DNA of 64,000 nucleotides from Escherichia coli (GTDB lineage Bacteria; Pseudomonadota; Gammaproteobacteria; Enterobacterales; Enterobacteriaceae): NCBI RefSeq assembly GCF_024502345.1, contig NZ_JALDNN010000001.1; one strand, 5' to 3'. Shown piece by piece: positions 10,699 to 19,024 of this stretch (position 1 is its first letter; each line of letters starts with the position of its first letter). The notes under the pieces were generated by a model. It saw only the letters and a program-made list of their open reading frames with translations, ran no database searches and was not told where the DNA came from. The position numbers and the translations under genes were made by a program.

Positions 10699-12591
10699 TT
10701 ACATCACCAGACGGCGAATGTCAGACAGCGTGTTGTTAATGATGGTAATGAAACGGGCACCATCAGCACCGTCGATCACGCGGTGGTCGAAGGAGAGAGA
10801 AATCGGCAGCATCAGACGCGGCACGAACTCTTTACCATTCCACACCGGCTCCATCGCGGACTTGGAAACGCCGAGGATAGCCACTTCCGGCGCGTTCACA
10901 ATCGGCGCGAAGTGGGTAGTACCCAGGCCGCCGATGCTGGAGATGGTGAAGCAACCGCCCTGCATTTCGCCCGCAGTCAGCTTACCGTCACGCGCTTTCT
11001 TAGAAATAGTCATCAGCTCGCGAGACAGCTCGATGATGCCTTTCTTGTTGACGTCTTTGAATACCGGAACAACCAGACCGTTCGGGGTATCCACCGCCAC
11101 ACCGATGTTGATGTATTTCTTCAGGGTCAGACGCTGACCGTCTTCCGACAGCGAACTGTTGAAGCGAGGCATCTGCTCAAGAGCTGCAGCAACGGCTTTC
11201 ATGATGAAGACAACTGGGGTGATCTTCACATCCAGCTTACGTTTCGCCGCTTCTTCGTTCTGCTGTTTACGGAACGCTTCCAGCTCGGTGATATCGGTTT
11301 TGTCGAAGTGAGTAACATGCGGGATCATCACCCAGTTACGGCTCAGGTTCGCACCAGAAATTTTCTGGATACGGCCCAGTTCCACTTCTTCGATTTCACC
11401 AAACTTGCTGAAGTCCACCTTCGGCCACGGCAGCATGCCTGGGATACCGCCGCCAGTCGCCGCCGGAGCTGCTTCTGCACGTTTGATAGCTTCTTTCACG
11501 TAAGCCTGAACGTCTTCGCGCAGGATACGACCTTTACGGCCAGTGCCCTTCACTTTCGCCAGGTTAACACCAAACTCGCGTGCCAGACGGCGGATCAGCG
11601 GAGTCGCGTGAACGTAAGCGTCATTTTCAGCAAATTCAGATTTGCCTTCCGCTTTCGCAGCTGGTGCTGCTGCCGGGGCTTCAGCTTTTGCTGCCGGAGC
11701 CGGCGCTGCCGCTTCCTGTTTCGCAGGAGCTGCCGCAGGCGCTGCGCCTTCAACTTCGAAGATCATAATCAGCGAGCCAGTTTTCACTTTATCGCCAACG
11801 TTGACTTTCAGTTCCTTCACGACGCCTGCAAACGGAGCCGGAACTTCCATAGAAGCTTTGTCGCCTTCTACGGTAATCAGTGACTGTTCAGCGGCAACTT
11901 TGTCGCCCACTTTCACCATCACTTCGGTCACTTCAACTTCGTCACCGCCGATATCCGGAACGTTAACTTCTTTCACGCCAGCTGCTGGTGCAGGGGCCGC
12001 TGCCGGAGCCGCTTCCTGTTTAGCCGCCGGAGCTGCCGCGCCTGCTTCACCCGCGACTTCGAAGACCATAATCAGCGAGCCGGTAGACACTTTGTCACCC
12101 ACGTTCACTTTGATCTCTTTCACGGTACCTGCAAACGGAGCCGGAACTTCCATAGAAGCCTTGTCGCCTTCTACGGTGATCAGCGACTGTTCAGCTTCAA
12201 CTTTATCGCCAACTTTCACCAGGATTTCGGTCACTTCAACTTCGTCGCTGCCGATATCCGGAACGTTAACGTCTTTTGCCGCTGCAGCCGCTGGTGCTGC
12301 TGCCGGAGCTGCTTCTTTCTTCTCTTCTGCCTGAGCAGGTGCAGCGTCTGCTGCACCGTCGGCGGAATCGAAAATCATAATCAGTGCGCCGGTCTGGGTT
12401 TTATCGCCAACAGAGACTTTGATCTCTTTAACGATACCCGCCTGCGGAGACGGAACTTCCATAGAGGCTTTGTCGCCTTCTACGGTGATCAGCGACTGTT
12501 CGGCTTCAACTTTGTCGCCCACTTTGACCAGGATCTCGGTGATTTCAACTTCATCAGCCCCGATGTCCGGTACTTTGATTTCGATAGCCAT
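10699..12591 (-). CDS. aceF: Pyruvate dehydrogenase E2 dihydrolipoamide acetyltransferase with three lipoyl domains
   Basis: 630-aa ORF; three [10 protein letters not shown] lipoyl-lysine repeats, Ala/Pro linkers, C-terminal DHRxxDG catalytic motif. Confidence 0.96.
11760..12591 (-). repeat. aceF: Intragenic ~300-bp tandem repeats encoding the three lipoyl domains of aceF
   Basis: Near-identical peptide blocks ([40 protein letters not shown]) repeated three times. Confidence 0.7.
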
Positions 12592-12605
12592 TATTCTTTT
12601 ACCTC

Positions 12606-15269
12606 TTACGCCAGACGCGGGTTAACTTTATCTGCATCGATGTTGAATTTGGCGATTGCGTCAGCAACCACTTTCTTATCGATTTCGCCACGTTTAGCCA
12701 GTTCGCCCAGCGCCGCAACCACGACATAAGAAGCATCAACTTCGAAGTGGTGACGCAGGTTCTCACGGCTGTCGGAACGACCGAAGCCATCAGTACCCAG
12801 TACGCGGTAGTCGTCAGCCGGTACGTAAGTACGGACCTGCTCAGCGAACAGTTTCATATAGTCGGTAGATGCCACTGCCGGAGCGTCGTTCATCACCTGA
12901 GCGATATACGGAACGCGCGGAGTTTCCAGCGGATGAAGCATGTTCCAGCGTTCACAATCCTGACCATCACGCGCCAGCTCGGTGAAGGAGGTCACGCTAT
13001 AAACGTCAGAACCTACGCCGTAATCTTTCGCCAGGATCTCTGCCGCTTCACGGACGTGACGCAGGATAGAACCGGAGCCCAGCAGCTGAACTTTACCTTT
13101 GCTACCTTCAATGGTTTCGAGTTTGTAGATACCTTTACGGATACCTTCCTCAGCACCTTCCGGCATTGCCGGCATGTGGTAGTTTTCGTTCAGCGTAGTG
13201 ATGTAGTAGTAAACGTTCTCTTGTTTTTCACCGTACATACGCTCCAGACCGTCATGCATGATGACAGCAACTTCGTAAGCGTAAGCCGGGTCGTAAGAGA
13301 TACAGTTCGGGATAGTCAGCGACTGAATGTGGCTGTGACCATCTTCGTGCTGCAGACCTTCACCGTTCAGGGTGGTACGACCGGAAGTACCGCCGATCAG
13401 GAAGCCACGCGCTTGCTGGTCGCCAGCCGCCCAGCACAGATCGCCGATACGCTGGAAGCCGAACATAGAGTAATAGATGTAGAACGGAATCATCGGCAGA
13501 TTGTTGGTGCTGTAAGAGGTCGCCGCTGCCAGCCAGGAACACCCTGCGCCCAGCTCGTTGATCCCTTCCTGCAGAATCTGACCTTTCTCGTCTTCTTTAT
13601 AGTAAGCAACCTGCTCGCGGTCCTGCGGGGTGTACTGCTGACCGTTCGGGCTGTAAATACCAATCTGACGGAACAGACCTTCCATACCGAAAGTACGCGC
13701 TTCGTCGGCGATGATCGGTACCAGACGATCTTTGATCGACTTGTTCTTCAGCATTACGTTCAGGGCACGAACGAAAGCGATAGTGGTAGAGATCTCTTTG
13801 CTCTGCTCTTCCAGCAGCGCGCCGAAGTCTTGCAGGCTCGGCAGCTCAAGCTTCTCGGTGAAGTTCGGCTGACGGCTTGGCAGATAACCGTGCAGTTTCT
13901 GACGCTGTGCGTGCAGATAGGTATGCTCTTCAGAACCTTCCGGGAAGGTGATGTACGGCAGTTTTTCGATATCTGCATCAGACACCGGCACATTGAAACG
14001 GTCGCGGATGTGACGCACGCCGTCCATGTTCATTTTCTTAACCTGGTGCGCGATGTTTTTACCTTCAGCCGCGTCGCCCATGCCGTAACCTTTAATGGTA
14101 TGAGCAAGGATTACTGTCGCTTTGCCTTTGGTTTCCTGCGCTTTCTTGAATGCAGCGTAGATTTTCTTCGGATCGTGACCACCACGGTTCAGTGCCCAGA
14201 TCTGCTCGTCAGTCCAGTCTGCAACCAGTGCTGCGGTTTCAGGATATTTACCGAAGAAGTGTTCACGAACGTACGCACCATCTTTCGATTTGAAGGTCTG
14301 GTAGTCGCCGTCAACGGTTTCGTTCATCAGCTGGATCAGTTTACCGCTGGTATCTTTACGCAGCAGTTCATCCCAACGACTACCCCACATCACTTTGATC
14401 ACGTTCCAGCCAGCACCTTCGAAGATGCCTTCCAGTTCGTTGATGATCTTGCCGTTACCGGTGACCGGGCCGTCAAGACGCTGCAGGTTACAGTTGATAA
14501 CGAAGACCAGGTTATCCAGTTTTTCACGGGTAGCGATGGTGATCGCACCTTTGGATTCCGGTTCGTCCATTTCACCGTCGCCGAGGAACGCGTAAACGGT
14601 CTGTTTAGAGGTATCTTTCAGGCCACGGTGTTCCAGATATTTCAGGAATTTAGCCTGGTAAATAGCACCAATCGGCCCCAGACCCATAGATACGGTCGGG
14701 AACTGCCAGAATTCCGGCATCAGTTTCGGGTGCGGATAGGAAGAGAGGCCATTGCCGTGAACTTCCTGACGGAAGTTATCCAGCTGCTCCTGAGTCAGAC
14801 GACCTTCCAGGAAAGCACGGGCGTAAACGCCCGGGGAGATGTGGCCCTGGAAGTAAACCAGGTCGCCGCCATCCTGCTCGTTGCGTGCACGGAAGAAGTG
14901 GTTAAAGCACACATCATAAATGGTTGCGGAAGACTGGAAGGACGCCATGTGGCCGCCCAGTTCGAGGTCTTTTTTCGACGCACGCAGCACCGTCATGATG
15001 GCGTTCCAGCGGATAGCTGAACGAATACGGCGTTCCAGTTCCAGATTACCCGGATACTCCGGTTGTTCTTCAACGGGGATGGTGTTGATGTAGTTGCTGA
15101 TACCTGTGCCTGCGGCTACGTTTACACCGCCTTTGCGGGCTTCAGCAAGCAGTTGGTCGATCAGATACTGAGCACGCTCAACACCTTCTTCACGGATGAC
15201 CGATTCGATCGCCTGGAGCCAGTCGCGAGTTTCGATCGGATCCACGTCATTTGGGAAACGTTCTGACAT
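12606..15269 (-). CDS. aceE: Pyruvate dehydrogenase E1 component
   Basis: 887-aa [20 protein letters not shown], 14 nt upstream of aceF. Confidence 0.96.
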
Positions 15270-15429
15270 GGGTTATTCCTTATCTATCTAATAACGTTGA
15301 GTTTTCTGGAACCTGTCCCATTGAACTCTCGCCAGAAAGCTCAATAAGACAGGTTCTACGTTTAGTTGCCGCGCTTTTATATGCGCTTGATTTACAACAT
15401 CTTCTGGATAATTTTTACCAGAAAAATCA

Positions 15430-16194
15430 CTAATTCTTTCGTTGCTCCAGACGACGCAGAGAACGCTCACGGCGGCTCTCTTCACGGCTTCTGTCGAGCA
15501 AAATTTCTTCGATAAAGGCCAGATGGCGATGCGATGCTTCGCGCGCTTCTTCCGGCTTACCGGCCATAATCGCTTCAAATATGCGGGTGCGGTGACTACT
15601 CACCAGCGGCAGCATCTCGCGACGCGAATAGAGCAATTCGAAGTTCTGGCGGACATTCTGGGCCAACATCGGCTCCATACACCTTAGCAGATGAAGCAGA
15701 ACCACATTGTGGGCCGCTTCGGTGACGGCAATCTGATACTGGAGTACGGCGTTTGATTCCGCGTCCAGATCGCCAGACTGCTGCGCCAGCTCTATGGCGT
15801 GGTGGAGTTCACGGATGCGTTCCTTGTCTTCATCGGTACTACGCAGCGCGGCGTAATAAGCGGCGATACCTTCCAGGGCGTGTCGTGTTTCGAGCAAGTC
15901 ATACTGTGATTCAGGATGGTCGGAGAGCAGCTCCACCAGCGGATCGCTGAAGCTTTGCCATAAGCTGCTCTGGACAAAAGTGCCGCCACCCTGGCGACGA
16001 AGCAACAAGCCCTTCGCTTCGAGACGTTGAATCGCCTCACGCAAGGAGGGACGGGAGACGTCGAACTGTTTTGCCAGTTCGCGTTCCGGTGGGAGTTTTT
16101 CGCCCGGGCGGAGAGTGCCTTCGAGGATCAAAAACTCCAGTTGCTGCTCAATCACATCGGAGAGTTTTGGTTGGCGGATTTTGCTGTAGGCCAT
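15430..16194 (-). CDS. pdhR: Pyruvate dehydrogenase complex repressor (GntR family, 254 aa)
   Basis: ORF 15430..16227 trimmed to [18 protein letters not shown]; HTH near N-terminus. Confidence 0.9.
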
Positions 16195-16225
16195 GAGTTC
16201 CTGTCTTAAGCCACTTGCCGAAGTC

Positions 16226-16242
16226 AATTGGTCTTACCAATT
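16226..16242. promoter_or_regulatory. PdhR operator (PdhR box) in pdhR leader
   Basis: Perfect palindrome AATTGGT-CTT-ACCAATT just upstream of pdhR start. Confidence 0.6.
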
Positions 16243-16649
16243 TCATGTCTGTGACGCTAAAGTAACAAAGTATTCACCTTATGTCCATACAGGTTTTGAT
16301 TGAAATCATGAAACTGTGCACATTTTAACAACTTGACATATATAACGTTTCAAAGTTGTAACTATGCACAAATGTTAAATTTACCCATCAAGGGGTGAGA
16401 TTAACAGAATTGAAACGAAAAAATATTTCCTCTGAACCGATTCACCAAGCAACAAAACGCATAACAATTCAATTATGTGAATTAATATGTAAAATGAATG
16501 TTCAGGGAAGGAGAGAAAGGTAGTATTTACCTATGTTTTCTTTTTACATTGCTTATTATCACTGCAATCGCCACCGTAACCTTCTCGTAGCGAAAATCAT
16601 CACTTAACCAGAACGTGATGATTTTCAGGTGACAGATTCTGTTTAGAGT

Positions 16650-16886
16650 TCATTCTGAATCTTTGAACAAAGGCAATCCTTGCGAACGCCGCCATTCTTT
16701 GACGATTTTCAGGATGTTTTCAGGTTTACCATCTTCTGGGGAATTAGGATAGAAAATGGGATCTCCCTTTTTAGGATGTTCAGTAATTTTAATGAAATGA
16801 TCCACTAAGGTATCGAGATATTTTTCTAATTTTTTCCCTTTTAGGGATTTATCTTTGCTAGTTGCATTTACTATCTCCTCAAGCAT
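16650..16886 (-). pseudogene. Orphan Im7/Im9-family DNase immunity gene copy 3, apparently frameshifted near its 5' end (78-aa remnant)
   Basis: Conserved C-terminal ENILKIVKEWRRSQGLPLFKDS tail; upstream ATG is in a different frame from the conserved TEGEFLEMLEE segment. Confidence 0.5.
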
Positions 16887-16986
16887 TTCAAGAAATTCAC
16901 CTTCTGTGTAAAAATATATTTTAAATCATGCATATACATTATCTCCTGTAGTGAATTTCATCATGTAGTCGAGACGTAACAATCCT

Positions 16987-17175
16987 TTAATTATCAATAT
17001 CATAAATTTCGCCACCACATTCAATCGCAACACTATGATATATATGGAATTCTTCAACAATTTCCTTAGATCCATAATGCCAACCTTCAAGAGGCGCTTT
17101 TGCGATTAATCCTTGTTTTATACGTGTTTGGTTACCAGTTGAAAACTGCGCTATCAACTCCGGATACTGACTCAC
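16987..17175 (-). pseudogene. Orphan C-terminal fragment of colicin-type HNH DNase toxin, copy 3 (premature stop after DIDN)
   Basis: Matches last part of the 593-aa toxin (PELIAQFS.GNQTRIKQGL); stop interrupts HNH motif; intact tail LHDEIHYRR readable beyond the stop. Confidence 0.55.
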
Positions 17176-17341
17176 CTCCAGCCAAAGGGTATCGGTGAAA
17201 GCGGGAAATTGATAAAATAACCTAATGAGATTTCAGTATTTTACCTGTTTTTTAAGAGCACCCACATTATTATTTTATGTTATTAACATCATCGCATTAG
17301 CCAGACGCGATGATGTTCCATATATAGTTTTATTATCTACT

Positions 17342-17632
17342 TTATTTAGAGTCTTTAAACAAGGGTAGCCCCTGTGAACGCCGCCATTCTTTGACAATTT
17401 TCAGGATGTTTTCAGGTTCATCATCTCCCTTCTTTGCAGGATAGTAGATAAGATCGCTCATCAACGGATGTTGTGTAATTCTGGTAAGATGTTCTTCTAG
17501 ATCATCCCAATATTTGTCAAGCTCTTCCCCTTTTAATTGAGCGTTATCCCCGGTTGGATTTGTAAACTCGCCAAGCAACTCAATGAATTCCCGCTCTGTG
17601 TAATCTTCTATTTTATCTTTAAAATTATACAT
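17342..17632 (-). CDS. Orphan Im7/Im9-family DNase immunity protein (96 aa), duplicate copy B
   Basis: DYTEREF ... HPLMSDLIYYP ... GDD ... KEWRRSQG motifs parallel Im9; identical to 18040..18330. Confidence 0.8.
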   Translation of the reverse strand: MYNFKDKIEDYTEREFIELLGEFTNPTGDNAQLKGEELDKYWDDLEEHLTRITQHPLMSDLIYYPAKKGDDEPENILKIVKEWRRSQGLPLFKDSK

Positions 17633-17872
17633 TTAACTATCTCCTGTAATAAATTTCATCATGCAAATGAGGTGTGCCCTCCTTAAATTATCAATATCGT
17701 AAATTCCGCCACTATATTCAATCGCAACACGATGATCCATGTGGAATTTTTTAACGATTTCTTTAGTGCCATAATGCCAACCTTCAAGTGGTGCTTTTGC
17801 GATTAATCCTTGTTTTATACGTGTTTGATTACCGCTTGAAAACTGCGCTATCAACTCCGGATACTGACTCAC
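17633..17872 (-). pseudogene. Orphan C-terminal fragment of HNH DNase toxin, duplicate copy B (no ATG; HNH motif degenerate)
   Basis: Homology to parent toxin begins abruptly at LWLEVSQ; first codon is GTG; IHH replaced by MDH and terminal TP..H....H lost by apparent 1-nt frameshift. Confidence 0.6.
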
Positions 17873-18039
17873 CTCCAGCCAAAGGGTATCGGTAAAAGCG
17901 GGAAAATGATAAAATAACCTAATGAGGCTTCAGTATTTTTACCTGTTTTTTAAGAGCAATCACATTATTATTTTATGTCATTAATATCATCGCATTAGCC
18001 AGATGCGATGATGTTCCATATATAGTTTTATTATCTACT

Positions 18040-18330
18040 TTATTTAGAGTCTTTAAACAAGGGTAACCCCTGTGAACGCCGCCATTCTTTGACAATTTTC
18101 AGGATGTTTTCAGGTTCATCATCTCCCTTCTTTGCAGGATAGTAGATAAGATCGCTCATCAACGGATGTTGTGTAATTCTGGTAAGATGTTCTTCTAGAT
18201 CATCCCAATATTTGTCAAGCTCTTCCCCTTTTAATTGAGCGTTATCCCCGGTTGGATTTGTAAACTCGCCAAGCAACTCAATGAATTCCCGCTCTGTGTA
18301 ATCTTCTATTTTATCTTTAAAATTATACAT
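18040..18330 (-). CDS. Orphan Im7/Im9-family DNase immunity protein (96 aa), duplicate copy A
   Basis: Identical to 17342..17632; Im9-like motifs. Confidence 0.8.
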   Translation of the reverse strand: MYNFKDKIEDYTEREFIELLGEFTNPTGDNAQLKGEELDKYWDDLEEHLTRITQHPLMSDLIYYPAKKGDDEPENILKIVKEWRRSQGLPLFKDSK

Positions 18331-18570
18331 TTAACTATCTCCTGTAATAAATTTCATCATGCAAATGAGGTGTGCCCTCCTTAAATTATCAATATCGTAA
18401 ATTCCGCCACTATATTCAATCGCAACACGATGATCCATGTGGAATTTTTTAACGATTTCTTTAGTGCCATAATGCCAACCTTCAAGTGGTGCTTTTGCGA
18501 TTAATCCTTGTTTTATACGTGTTTGATTACCGCTTGAAAACTGCGCTATCAACTCCGGATACTGACTCAC
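18331..18570 (-). pseudogene. Orphan C-terminal fragment of HNH DNase toxin, duplicate copy A
   Basis: Identical to 17633..17872. Confidence 0.6.
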
Positions 18571-18737
18571 CTCCAGCCAAAGGGTATCGGTAAAAGCGGG
18601 AAAATGATAAAATAACCTAATGAGGCTTCAGTATTTTTACCTGTTTTTTAAGAGCAATCACATTATTATTTTATGTCATTAATATCATCGCATTAGCCAG
18701 ATGCGATGATGTTCCATATATAGTTTTATTATCTACT

Positions 18738-19022
18738 TTATTTAGAGTCTTTAAACAAGGGTAACCCCTGTGAACGCCGCCATTCTTTGACAATTTTCAG
18801 GATGTTTTCAGGCTTATCATCTCCTTGACTTTTAGGGTAGAAAATTAGATCGCTCCCTGACGGATGCTGTGTAATTTCAATAAAATGATCTACTAATGAA
18901 TCCCAGTACATTTCTAGCTCCTTACCTTTTAAGGATTTTCCATCTTTCATAGATGATCTCAATCCGCCTAAAAAATTAAGAAATTCATCCTCGGTATAAT
19001 CCTGGAGCTTTTCTTTAAACAT
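18738..19022 (-). CDS. Cognate immunity protein of the Hcp-DNase toxin (colicin E-type DNase immunity, Im7/Im9 family, 94 aa)
   Basis: Starts 2 nt after toxin stop; DYTEDEF and EHPSGSDLIFYP motifs match Im9 as recalled. Confidence 0.85.
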   Translation of the reverse strand: MFKEKLQDYTEDEFLNFLGGLRSSMKDGKSLKGKELEMYWDSLVDHFIEITQHPSGSDLIFYPKSQGDDKPENILKIVKEWRRSQGLPLFKDSK

Positions 19023-19024
19023 AT

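Larger units (their letters stand above)
17342..18737. repeat. Exact tandem duplication (2 x 698 bp) of an orphan toxin-tail/immunity module including spacer
   Basis: ORF pairs at 17342-17872 and 18040-18570 give identical proteins at a constant 698-bp offset; spacers match on inspection. Confidence 0.85.

Noticed and set aside
11642-12334. 230-aa Ala-rich plus-strand ORF opposite aceF
   Set aside because: Generated by the antisense of the Ala/Pro linker and lipoyl repeats; low complexity.
12747-15020. 757-aa plus-strand ORF opposite aceE
   Set aside because: Shadow ORF of a high-GC conserved gene; no start context or family features.
16650-19022. Regularly spaced repeats that could be mistaken for a CRISPR array
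   Set aside because: Repeat unit is about 700 bp and protein-coding (toxin tail + immunity), not 25-40-bp repeats with unique spacers; no cas genes.
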